From: a virus
Direction: 5' to 3' (one strand)
IMG/VR virus record: IMGVR_UViG_3300045988_176028
Length of the DNA: 64,000 bases
The notes beneath the pieces were generated by a model. The model was not told the origin of the DNA. It did not search any database and worked only from the letters and a program-made list of their open reading frames with translations. The translations under genes were made by a program, and so were the position numbers. Below, piece after piece: positions 8,268 to 17,074 of this stretch; within the stretch, counting starts at the first letter, position 1; the number at the start of each line of letters is the position of its first letter.

Positions 8268-8618
8268 TTAGAAATCTTTTCTTCTCGCCCTCAAATAGGA
8301 CTTAATCGTTTTACGGGGTACTTCTCTGTTAGAAAACAGCACGTCGTGACTGTTAAGTCTGACTAACACCAAAGAGACCACATCGTTGTCCACGTAGTAA
8401 ATCAGTAATAGGTCTGATTCCACGTGCAATTCGCGGAAACCTTTCCAATCACCGGTCAGCTCGTGGTCGGAATACTTGGTTTTGAGTAGGTCAACATCGT
8501 TTTCGATAAGAGCTTGAAGAGGTTCGCGAATCTTGTTAATGTCGTAATGCTTCTTTTTCAGCCGTTTGATGTCATTGTCGAACGGCTGAATGGTTTCCAA
8601 CGTTCGTTTACAAAGCAT
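8268..8618 (-). CDS. Type II toxin, YafQ/RelE-family mRNA interferase
   Basis: F.NDIKRLKKKHYDINKI...YSDHELTGDWKGFRELHVESDLLLIYYVD...RLNSHDVLF matches the YafQ/RelE layout. Overlaps the antitoxin gene by 11 nt. Confidence 0.75.
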   Translation of the reverse strand: MLCKRTLETIQPFDNDIKRLKKKHYDINKIREPLQALIENDVDLLKTKYSDHELTGDWKGFRELHVESDLLLIYYVDNDVVSLVLVRLNSHDVLFSNREVPRKTIKSYLRARRKDF

Positions 8619-8898
8619 TGAGATAATCCATCATGTCGTTTACGTTTTGGGAAGAGTGGGTGTACTCATGATTCAACGCCTGACGGCGAGCCTCCTCATT
8701 GCGCAATGCTTCCACTTCGCATTCAAGCTCACGGAAATGCCTGTAATCATGCTCGTTCAGTATGAAATAGGTTGGCCGATTGTTTTTCATGACTGTGACC
8801 GGAGAATCGTCTGCCACTTTTGAAAACTCCGCGCTTGCGGTTCCTCTTCCAAAACGACTGATGGGAACCATTGTCTCCACCGGTATTGTCAACTGCAT
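8608..8898 (-). CDS. Type II antitoxin, Phd/YefM-like
   Basis: Start at MQLTIPVET (GGGAGGAAAA SD). ISRFGRGTASAEFSKV...PVTVMKNNRPTYFILNEHDY is a Phd/YefM-type N-terminus. Lies immediately upstream of the toxin. Confidence 0.7.
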   Translation of the reverse strand: MQLTIPVETMVPISRFGRGTASAEFSKVADDSPVTVMKNNRPTYFILNEHDYRHFRELECEVEALRNEEARRQALNHEYTHSSQNVNDMMDYLNAL

Positions 8899-8916
8899 TT
8901 TTCCTCCCTTATGTTT

Positions 8917-8934
8917 GCATGTAAAAATACATGC
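8917..8934. promoter_or_regulatory. Palindromic candidate TA operator (GCATGTA-N4-TACATGC)
   Basis: Perfect 7-bp inverted repeat about 20-35 nt upstream of the antitoxin start. Type II TA operons are typically autoregulated at such palindromes. Confidence 0.45.
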
Positions 8935-8970
8935 TATCACATGAGGTGGCTAAAAATCTCAGCAAAAACA

Positions 8971-9014
8971 AAAAGGCTGGACGGGGAGCCGTAATGTTCC
9001 CTATCCAGCCTTTT
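8971..9014 (-). terminator. Rho-independent terminator after the 2610-aa adhesin gene
   Basis: 11-bp stem AAAAGGCTGGA/TCCAGCCTTTT. On the minus strand it is followed by TTTTTGTTTTT. Confidence 0.65.
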
Positions 9015-9031
9015 CACTTATCTGCCGTAAC

Positions 9032-12000
9032 CTACTTCTTGTGGCGTGCGGTCACGGTCGTGTTTCCGCGACAGTGGGCGAGCATCAATCCCATTCCCAC
9101 GAGTGTGAACAGAATGACCGTCATGATAGGCGTGTTCACACCGGTTTGGGCGAGTTGGCGAATCGTCTTCACGATGGCCGGTGTCGCCGGTGGAATGTAC
9201 GAGTTGGTGAACTCAGGTTGGGTTCCAGTGGTTGTGACCATGCTGGGGGTTGTGGTCGGATTGTTCTCATCCTCACCGGCATCCCCGTCGGTCTTGTCGG
9301 CCTTAGCGGTCGGCATGACGGGCATGGTGCTGGAATCCTTCGCCGTATCGTCCGTCGGGTCGTATTGGACTTTGGCGGTCAGGTTGCCTTGCAGGTTGTC
9401 GCTTACGGTGACGGTCACGTGATGTTCCGTCTTGTCGTAGGTGACGTTCTTCTCGCCGGTGTTCTTCTCGCGAATCACATACCGGTATTCACCGCAATCA
9501 TCCACTCCATCATTGTCTCTACCGTAGGTGAGCGGCTTGAACTGGATGTTGCCCTGCTTGTCGTTCTTCTCACTGTCGATGACATTGCCCTTGTCGTCCA
9601 CAAGTTCGAACTCGAATTCGTAGGCTTGCAGTTCACGTCCGGTCAGATTCTTCTTGGCCGACAGTTCGACCAACACGTCTTCCGGCTGGTACGTGTTCTG
9701 GAAGAGGATGCTCTTTTCGCTGGCTTTGCCGTTGGAGTAGGCGACGCTGGCGGCGAGCTTGTGGCTCTTCGTGTCCTCGGTGACGGTGATGGTGACGGTG
9801 TGGCTGGTGGTGTCGTAGGCGACGCCGCCCAATGTTCCGTCCTGTTCGTCAACCGTGTACGTGTACACGCCGGTCTTGTCGAACGTGAGCTTGTCGAATT
9901 CGAGGGTCCCGTCGCCTTCGCGTGCAGTTACCTTGTCGGATTGCGCGTCGCGTGGAACGCGGGCGAACTGTTTGGCTTGGAGCAGGTTGCCGTTGGAATC
10001 CTTCAATTCGGCGGAGAATTCGTTGTCGTTCAGGTCACGTCCGGTCAGATGTTTGGCCGCTTCGAGTCGCACGCTAACCGGTGTCGGAGTATACGTGTTG
10101 TCAAATCGGATGTCATTGGTCTGACGGTCGGCGGTGGCAGCGAGCATGCCGTCTTGGTCGGTGACGGTGACGGTCACATCGTATTCCTGAGTGGAGTAGC
10201 CGATGGTCTTGTCCGTTCCGGCGAGTTCCTTCACGTGATACGTGTATACGCCGGGCATGGTGTAGACCATTTGACCGAATGTGAAACCGCTTCCCTTGTT
10301 GGACACGGTTTGCGTTCCGTTTTGGCTTCCGACTGGCATTGGCATGTCGTTCATGCTGATGGCGTTGCCGTCCGCGTCGCGTGCGGATACCGCGTTCAAC
10401 TGGAACTTGAATTCACCGTCCTGCGGAACGCGGCTGGTTGCCGTATCCGTGTTGACGATGTTTTTCACGCCGCTGATAGAGTATCCGACGTTCTTCGGAC
10501 TGTAATGGTTGGTGAACGTGATGTTCTTGCCGTTAGCGCCGGTGGTCGGGGTGACGGTCTTGGATACGACGGTCAGCTTGCCCGTATGGTCAACATCCTT
10601 GACCACGTAGGTGATGGTCGCAACCGTCCCGTCCTTCGTGACGCCCGGAACGGTCGTATCCTGCTCCGACATGGTGAACACGTAGGTGCCTACGAGCGGG
10701 AACGACAGTTGGTCGAATCGGATGTTGCCCTGCCGGTCGTTCCGTTTCGTCTGGTCGGCGTTCGACACGTTGGCGGGCGCGGACTGTTGTTGGAGCGTGA
10801 ATGCGAAGTCTTCGCCCTTGAGCGTGTACTTGTTGCCCTTGGGGGAGGTCATCTTCTTCACTGCGGTCGGATTGTCCGTGGCGGGTTGGGCATGGTACGT
10901 GTTGGTGAATTCCGGAATGTTGGTTCCGTTATCATACTTCACGTCGGCCAACAGTTGGCCTTCGCCATTGTCGGTGACGGTGACTTTCACATGATGTTTC
11001 GTAGCATCATAGGTGACGCCGCCCCTGTCGCCGTGGACTTCGCTGAGCGTGTAGTCGTACACTCCCGTCTTCTTGTAGGAGATGGTGTCGAACAGGATGT
11101 TGCCCTGCTGGTCGTTGGTTTTCACCGTTCCAGCCTGACCGCCTGTCTTGTCCTCGACGCATTTGAACTCGTATTGTCCGGCTTGCAGTTGGATGCCTGT
11201 ATGGTCGGGGTCGTTGAGGGTCTTGTGCGCACGGAATTGTACGCTGACCGGCTTCGCCTGATACGTGTTCGTGAACGTGGTCGGATAGGCCGCGTTCGTT
11301 CTGGTTTGGGCTTTCAACTGTCCGGTCAAATCGTCGGTGACGGTGATTTGCCACATTCCCATGTGGGAATCGTAGTTGACGCCGCCCGCCGACTGGCGGA
11401 CTTCACGCACCGTGTAGGTGAACGTGCGGGTTTTGGCACCGTTCAACTGTTGGGCGGTGAACGTCAACGGTTGGAAGCTGATGTTTCCGTTTTGGTCGGC
11501 GTTCACGGTTTGCAACGGCTTGCCTACCGCCTGCTCGTTGTCGAACAGTTGGAATTGGAAGTCGGTGAGTTTCGCATGGCTGGCGTTCTTGTTGTCGAAC
11601 GTCTTGTGTGCGGTGAGGCTCACGGTCACGTCCTTCGGCTGATACGTGTTGTGGAAGACCGGGGTCTTGTTCGTATTGTCGTAAGAGGTGGAGGTTTTCA
11701 ACTGTCCGTAACCGTTGTCGGTGACGTTGACGTGCATGGCGTGGACGGTCTGGTCGTAGGTGATGCCTTTGAACTGTCCCGTCTTTTCCACGATACGGTA
11801 ATCGTGTTCACCTACCGTATTGTAGGCGAGCTTGTCGAAGGTTAAGGTTCCGTCCGCATTGTTGGTCTTGGATTGGATGGTCTTGCCATTCTTGTCCTGC
11901 AATTCGAATGTGAACTCGTTGGCGTTCAACAGGCGGAGCGTGTGCTTCGGATTGTCGATTACCTTGCTGGCTTTCGGCGTGACGGACACAGGCTGGCTGG

Positions 12001-15000
12001 AATACGAGTTGACGAACTGGCCGTTGTCAATGGTCTTGCCATTCTTCATGGAGATGGCCGGATTGATGAGCGAGGCTTTCAACTGTCCACTGTTATCGTC
12101 GGTGACGGTCACAGTCCATACGGCGTAATGGTCGTCATATTTGACGCCCGCCGCACCCGTGTTGCGTTCACGAACCGAATAAGAGAAGGTGTCCTTGTCT
12201 TTGCCGTTCAGCTTCGCCTTGGTGAACAGGAGCGGAGAGAACTCCACTTTGCCGTCCGCGCTGGCGTTCACGGTTTGGATAGGAGTTCCGGTCGCCTTGT
12301 CGTTCGCATACAGGTCGAATTGGAAGTCGGTAATCTTGGTGGCCGACTGGTCTGCGTTCGTGAACAGTTTGCTTGCCACGATACGGGCTTGCGTATCCTT
12401 CGGAGCATACGTGTTCGTGAACTGGACGGTGTCGGATTGAATTCCATTATTGGACACGTTGGCCGTGACATGACGGTCGAACGTGTTCAAATCGTCGGTG
12501 ACGGTGACGGTCAGTATCCAAACACGGTCATCATACGTGACTCCAGCATTGTCTCCCTTGCGTTCCTTCACCTCATACTGGTAAGTGCCTTCCTGAGTGA
12601 ACGCGCCGGTGTTAATTCTGACTGTCTGGGTCTTGTTGTCGGTGAACGCGATGGAGGATGGCACCGCGCTCTTCGGAGCATTGTTCAACGGGGTGATGTC
12701 CGCGACATACTTGTCTTTTTCAGTCCAAGCGCCGTTCGGACGACCGTTCAACACTTTGACCGCTTTGACGGCGACCGGAACCGTGGGCATGACCATGCCG
12801 TAAATGCCGTGGTCTTCGTTCAGGTCTTCGTAGATGGCGGCAGTCATCTTGTTCAATGCGGGGAAATCCTTTAATGGGATTACTCCGGCAATCATGTTGC
12901 CGTCCGCATCATCCTCCTCATCACTATCGGAATCGGTCGCCTCGCTGGCGTCCTTCGCGTTTTTGACGGTCGTATGATGCCCGTGCCATGTAATGCCGGT
13001 TTTCGGCGTGAACCTGAGCTTGTAGCCGCTACCGGCTGGAATGGAACCTATCTCGTAGCGTCCGTTCTTGTCGGTCAGAGTGGCGCAGGGTTTGCCGTCC
13101 ACACTGGTGACGGTCTTACCCTTCTTGTCCAAGAGGGTCACGGTCACGTCGGAGAGAAGACGGTCCGAATCCTGTCGGATGCCATCATGATTGACGTCGA
13201 ACCATGCGACACCGTTGACCTTGCGCTCGACTATCTGGGTCAGGGCGTCAACCTTGTTGTCACCGTCAGCCCACCGGTTCATGTACACGTCGCCCGCACT
13301 ATTATTGGTGGGTTTGATGCCCAGTGTGAAGTCGTAGCGGGCGTTGGCGGGAAGGCTGGGCGACGTGAACGCCCATGCCACCGGCTGGTCACAGCCGTCG
13401 GGGATGACGACCTTGCCGGTCGTCGCATCCACTTTCGCTTCCGTCCACTGTTCGACCTGTTCGCGGGTTATCTTCGTCGCATCCACGTTCCGCCACTTCG
13501 GGTCGGTGGTGAAGTAGACTTTGACGCCGCTCATGCTCGCGCCCGCACCGGCCTTGACCGACAGTCCTGTCAATGTGTATTCGCCGTGATAGTCGGACTG
13601 TCCCAACCCCTTGTAGGGCATGATGTCAACCGCATACGGGGCGGGTTTCGCGTCACGGCTGAAGTTGCCCAGCATATTCACGAATCCAAGATTCGACTGG
13701 GTCTCGTTCAACAGGGTCTTCGCACGGGTCGCAAGACTGGACGCGTGCGTACGCGACACGCGGATGGTGTAGGCGGCGGTCTGACCGTAGGCGGCGGACG
13801 GGGTGCCCATCCACCGTTTCGACCTGATTTCCGTGTTCACCGTATACTGCTGGTTGTTCTTCGCGTCCGTCTCCGGGTCGGACGGCTCTCCGATGGTGGT
13901 GGAGAATCTGACGAGCGTGTCCGTCCCGTCCGCCTTCACTCCGTTGACCGTGTACTCCAATGTGGTTGTTCCGTCCTTGTTTGGGGTGACGGTCGGCGTG
14001 ACGGGCGTGCCGCCGGTGACAACGCCCTGCGTTTGTCCTGAATCAGTGTCCTTGTATTCTCCGCCCACGGTCGATGAGCCGTCCGTGTAGGTCAGACCCT
14101 TGGGCAGTGTGACCTTGATGTGGTAGTCGGTCAGATAGTCGCCGCCGGTGCTGCTGTCGCCGGTCTTGGCGGTCGCGTTTATCACCCAGTCGGCGTGACG
14201 CTGTTCCTTGTCCAAATCGTAGATGGTCTTCGACACGGTGTTGGCCGTGTCTTTCTGGCTGGTGTGGATGCCGATTGCCGGACGTTCGCCCACGACGTAC
14301 AGGGTGTCGCCCTTGTTGTTTCCGCCGGTGTCGCCGCCCTGATATACGCCGTCGTCGCTGAACGTGGCCTTCAGATAGGTTTTGCCGTCGTAGTGGAGGC
14401 TGGGCTTGCCTAGTTGTTTGACGAGGCTCGTGTAGTCGTCGCCGGTGATGGAGCGCGCGTATGCCGTCCACGTGGTCAAATCGTCCTCAATGTCGAGGTT
14501 GGCTTTCTTGGCGAGGTCGTTGCGTGTCCAGTAGTCAACCTGTCCGGTGGTCTGCGCCGTCCTGCCTGCGGTCTTGTCGTTGACCTGCATGGGGAGCGTG
14601 GCGCCGACGCTGATACGTGAATCGTATGACGTGTTGGCGGTATCCCATACGCGTGTGTCGATTATCTGCGCGGCGAGTACTTTGCCATGCTTGGCAGCCT
14701 GAGCGTATGTCGGATACCAGTCGAAATCATCATAGTCGGCCTTGGCTTGCGCGGTGTCGGTGGAGAAGTTGACGCCGTTGGGCAATACGCCCCATATGAC
14801 GGGTTCCATGCCGTCATTGGTGCGGGTGTCCGACCACCAGAAGCGCGCGCCCCACGTGCTGTAGCTGTCGTGGACGGTGTATGGTTGGTCGGGATTGTCG
14901 CTTGCGGACAACGGGGTGAGGATGTCGGGGTCCCATTTGACCAAGTGGACGCCGAGCACCCTGCCGTTGCCGGTCGAATTCAGTTTGTTTTCGGCTGCGG

Positions 15001-16864
15001 TGACGATGCCGAACTTGGTGTTTTCCAACACTCGGTCGGAACCTTTGTATCTTTCCGCGTCCTGCCAGCGTCCGGTGGTCGCGTTGTCGCAACGTCCGAC
15101 GGTGCGGGTGGATGCGTTCGTGTAGTACATGCTCTGGATGAATGCTCCGGGCAGTCTTACTGTCCAGTTGCCTGATGCCAAGTCGTCGTCGGCGACCGAT
15201 TGGTTCGTGTTCGTATCGGACGTGTCGAGCGTCATGCCGGATACGCTGGTGGCCGACAGTGCGGTATCGGTGATGGTCACGTTGCCGGTCTGGTCTTTGC
15301 CATAATACTGGGCGGCGGTCTTGCCGTCCGTGGTGGCGGTGGGGAGGATGAACGTGAACTCGTCCACGTGCAGTGCGGCTACCTGCTGTTGGGTGAGGGA
15401 GCCGTCCATGTATGCGGTGGAGCATTTGCCGAATGAGGTGTACTGTCCGGCGTTGGCGCACGGGTAGTTCAACGTGTCGTAGCCGGTGAAGCTTACGTTG
15501 ACGGTGGTGCCTTTGTCGGTAATGGTGCCGTCGTCGTAGACGGTGGTTCCGTCGTTGACGGACTCCTTATCCACGGTGATGGAGCTGGGGAAACTACCAT
15601 TGTGGTCGAACGAGTCGCGCTTCCTGTTGTGAGTGCTCTTTCCGTTCCACTTATAAGTGGTGGTTTGGTGGATTCTGTCCCAAAGTATCGGCTGCCATTG
15701 CTTTTCACCCGCATGCTTCGCATGCTTGTCGTCGTCGTCCTGAAACACGCTGGACACGTTCAGCTTGTAGCCGATGCTTCCGGTGGGCACTTCGATGCCC
15801 TTCAACCCCTTCGACCTGTCCTTCCAACGCATCGCGGTACGGACGAGCACATGCAGTTGGCGTCCCTGAATCTTGCCTTTGCCTTTGTTTGGCGCGGTAG
15901 CGTCACCCGTATTGAAATCGTAGGTGCCGCCGCCCGTAATTTGGTATTGCAGGCTTATGTTCAGGTTGAGTTTCGCGCTTACGGTCACGTCCTTTGGCGT
16001 GTCCGACATTGCCTTGTGTGTTCCGGTGTCGGTGGGATTGTTCTTATTCCATGCTGTCCACGCCTGTACGGTCGGGCGGAATTTGTATCCGTGTGGCGCG
16101 GCTTTGACTTTGACCGCGAGCTGGATGGCGCTGGTGCCGGGGTTGACGGTCGGACTGTTGGAAGTCGGCTCCAACAGGCGATAGCAGGTGTACACTTGCG
16201 TCTTCACACCGTTGATGGTTTCGGTCGTGAGTTTCGGCTGATAGCCGGGAGTCTGGTCTACCCAACCCATTTGGTCGGTGTCGAACGTGACCTTATCCGC
16301 CGGATAAGGCAGTTCGAAATGGAAGCCGACACGGGTACGCTTGTAATAGTCCATGGTCGAATCCGGGGTGACGGTGTAATCGTAGTCGTAGATTACATCA
16401 TCGAACGAGCGGACTATATCATTGCTCGCGTCCTTATCGTCGCCACGCTCATTGTCATTGTCGAATGGTGCGGTTCCAGTGACTCGGTCGGTTAGTTTGA
16501 GTTTCGACACGTATGCGGTGTCCGTGTCGAGCATGTCATGAATGGTAACGTCTTTAGCATCTTCCGGAGCGGATTGCGCTCGGATACTAGTGTCGGCGTG
16601 AACGTCCGACTGTGTTTGACTGTCAGCATTACTACTGCCGGTAATGTCTGACTGGGTGTTGCCACTATTAGTGTCGGCGTTCCCACTATTACTGGTGTCG
16701 GCTTGGACTTGCGTGGACGAATCCACCGTCAAATCGTCAGCCAAAGCGGTAGACGCGGACAATGCGCCACCACCGAACATTGTCGCCGTAGCCAAGATAA
16801 GCGCGGCAACCTTTCTCAGGCCGGGTTTCATAACCTTGAGCTTCCCTTCTGGAGAGTGTGTCAT
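9032..16864 (-). CDS. Giant cell-wall-anchored adhesin (2610 aa) with SdrD-B/Cna-B-like and about 10 tandem pilin-isopeptide-type domains; LAQTG sorting signal
   Basis: Signal peptide MKPGLRKVAALILATATMFGGGALSASTALA (the likely true start is the ATG at 16831). Has an LTDKNGRYEIGSIPAG Cna-B-type motif. Repeated about 140-aa modules each end in F(T/x)N(T/S)Y. The C-terminus is LAQTGVNT + TM + RHKK. Confidence 0.9.
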   Translation of the reverse strand: MTHSPEGKLKVMKPGLRKVAALILATATMFGGGALSASTALADDLTVDSSTQVQADTSNSGNADTNSGNTQSDITGSSNADSQTQSDVHADTSIRAQSAPEDAKDVTIHDMLDTDTAYVSKLKLTDRVTGTAPFDNDNERGDDKDASNDIVRSFDDVIYDYDYTVTPDSTMDYYKRTRVGFHFELPYPADKVTFDTDQMGWVDQTPGYQPKLTTETINGVKTQVYTCYRLLEPTSNSPTVNPGTSAIQLAVKVKAAPHGYKFRPTVQAWTAWNKNNPTDTGTHKAMSDTPKDVTVSAKLNLNISLQYQITGGGTYDFNTGDATAPNKGKGKIQGRQLHVLVRTAMRWKDRSKGLKGIEVPTGSIGYKLNVSSVFQDDDDKHAKHAGEKQWQPILWDRIHQTTTYKWNGKSTHNRKRDSFDHNGSFPSSITVDKESVNDGTTVYDDGTITDKGTTVNVSFTGYDTLNYPCANAGQYTSFGKCSTAYMDGSLTQQQVAALHVDEFTFILPTATTDGKTAAQYYGKDQTGNVTITDTALSATSVSGMTLDTSDTNTNQSVADDDLASGNWTVRLPGAFIQSMYYTNASTRTVGRCDNATTGRWQDAERYKGSDRVLENTKFGIVTAAENKLNSTGNGRVLGVHLVKWDPDILTPLSASDNPDQPYTVHDSYSTWGARFWWSDTRTNDGMEPVIWGVLPNGVNFSTDTAQAKADYDDFDWYPTYAQAAKHGKVLAAQIIDTRVWDTANTSYDSRISVGATLPMQVNDKTAGRTAQTTGQVDYWTRNDLAKKANLDIEDDLTTWTAYARSITGDDYTSLVKQLGKPSLHYDGKTYLKATFSDDGVYQGGDTGGNNKGDTLYVVGERPAIGIHTSQKDTANTVSKTIYDLDKEQRHADWVINATAKTGDSSTGGDYLTDYHIKVTLPKGLTYTDGSSTVGGEYKDTDSGQTQGVVTGGTPVTPTVTPNKDGTTTLEYTVNGVKADGTDTLVRFSTTIGEPSDPETDAKNNQQYTVNTEIRSKRWMGTPSAAYGQTAAYTIRVSRTHASSLATRAKTLLNETQSNLGFVNMLGNFSRDAKPAPYAVDIMPYKGLGQSDYHGEYTLTGLSVKAGAGASMSGVKVYFTTDPKWRNVDATKITREQVEQWTEAKVDATTGKVVIPDGCDQPVAWAFTSPSLPANARYDFTLGIKPTNNSAGDVYMNRWADGDNKVDALTQIVERKVNGVAWFDVNHDGIRQDSDRLLSDVTVTLLDKKGKTVTSVDGKPCATLTDKNGRYEIGSIPAGSGYKLRFTPKTGITWHGHHTTVKNAKDASEATDSDSDEEDDADGNMIAGVIPLKDFPALNKMTAAIYEDLNEDHGIYGMVMPTVPVAVKAVKVLNGRPNGAWTEKDKYVADITPLNNAPKSAVPSSIAFTDNKTQTVRINTGAFTQEGTYQYEVKERKGDNAGVTYDDRVWILTVTVTDDLNTFDRHVTANVSNNGIQSDTVQFTNTYAPKDTQARIVASKLFTNADQSATKITDFQFDLYANDKATGTPIQTVNASADGKVEFSPLLFTKAKLNGKDKDTFSYSVRERNTGAAGVKYDDHYAVWTVTVTDDNSGQLKASLINPAISMKNGKTIDNGQFVNSYSSQPVSVTPKASKVIDNPKHTLRLLNANEFTFELQDKNGKTIQSKTNNADGTLTFDKLAYNTVGEHDYRIVEKTGQFKGITYDQTVHAMHVNVTDNGYGQLKTSTSYDNTNKTPVFHNTYQPKDVTVSLTAHKTFDNKNASHAKLTDFQFQLFDNEQAVGKPLQTVNADQNGNISFQPLTFTAQQLNGAKTRTFTYTVREVRQSAGGVNYDSHMGMWQITVTDDLTGQLKAQTRTNAAYPTTFTNTYQAKPVSVQFRAHKTLNDPDHTGIQLQAGQYEFKCVEDKTGGQAGTVKTNDQQGNILFDTISYKKTGVYDYTLSEVHGDRGGVTYDATKHHVKVTVTDNGEGQLLADVKYDNGTNIPEFTNTYHAQPATDNPTAVKKMTSPKGNKYTLKGEDFAFTLQQQSAPANVSNADQTKRNDRQGNIRFDQLSFPLVGTYVFTMSEQDTTVPGVTKDGTVATITYVVKDVDHTGKLTVVSKTVTPTTGANGKNITFTNHYSPKNVGYSISGVKNIVNTDTATSRVPQDGEFKFQLNAVSARDADGNAISMNDMPMPVGSQNGTQTVSNKGSGFTFGQMVYTMPGVYTYHVKELAGTDKTIGYSTQEYDVTVTVTDQDGMLAATADRQTNDIRFDNTYTPTPVSVRLEAAKHLTGRDLNDNEFSAELKDSNGNLLQAKQFARVPRDAQSDKVTAREGDGTLEFDKLTFDKTGVYTYTVDEQDGTLGGVAYDTTSHTVTITVTEDTKSHKLAASVAYSNGKASEKSILFQNTYQPEDVLVELSAKKNLTGRELQAYEFEFELVDDKGNVIDSEKNDKQGNIQFKPLTYGRDNDGVDDCGEYRYVIREKNTGEKNVTYDKTEHHVTVTVSDNLQGNLTAKVQYDPTDDTAKDSSTMPVMPTAKADKTDGDAGEDENNPTTTPSMVTTTGTQPEFTNSYIPPATPAIVKTIRQLAQTGVNTPIMTVILFTLVGMGLMLAHCRGNTTVTARHKK
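9400..12800 (-). repeat. Tandem domain repeats inside the adhesin gene (about 10 units)
   Basis: Recurrent protein pattern F.F.L.D.NG......N...G...F..L.F...G.Y.Y...E......GV.YD.....V.V.VTD...G.L.A....FTNTY. Boundaries are approximate. Confidence 0.7.
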
Positions 16865-16891
16865 GAAAACGGGAGAAGGGCTGAAAAGAAG

Positions 16892-16901
16892 CCCCCCCCC
16901 C
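16892..16901 (-). repeat. Homopolymeric G10 tract (C10 on + strand) in the adhesin 5' region
   Basis: Ten consecutive C at 16892-16901. Lies 28 nt upstream of the first in-frame ATG (16864) and 61 nt upstream of the signal-peptide ATG (16831). Confidence 0.9.
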
Positions 16902-17074
16902 GCGCGTTTTTTGATTGTTCAGTTATAAGTATGGAAAGCTGGTCTCAAGTACGGTTTGCAGGAGAGTTCCCAAGGCCAGCCTTCCGATTTTTGCCCGCTC
17001 CGACCATGCTTCTTCCAATCTTTGGCAACTGGTTGAAGCATGGTTTCATGTCGGGGAGGGCAAGGCTTTATCTG

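Noticed and set aside
9041-11845. 934-aa + strand ORF, with many other long + strand ORFs at 11873-12874, 12974-14041, 15602-16495, 16703-18019, 18161-18949 and 19106-20302, lying antisense to the two adhesin genes.
   Set aside because: These are shadow ORFs typical of GC-rich repetitive coding DNA. Their products are low-complexity and rich in V/G/R/L/H. They have no SDs, and they fully overlap minus-strand genes with clear signal peptides, domains and sorting signals.
16892-16901. Treating the C10/G10 run as a frameshift that disrupts a gene.
   Set aside because: The tract lies outside both flanking coding regions (17075 stop side and 16864 start side). If it has any effect, that effect is regulatory. 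It could also be a homopolymer length error in the assembly.
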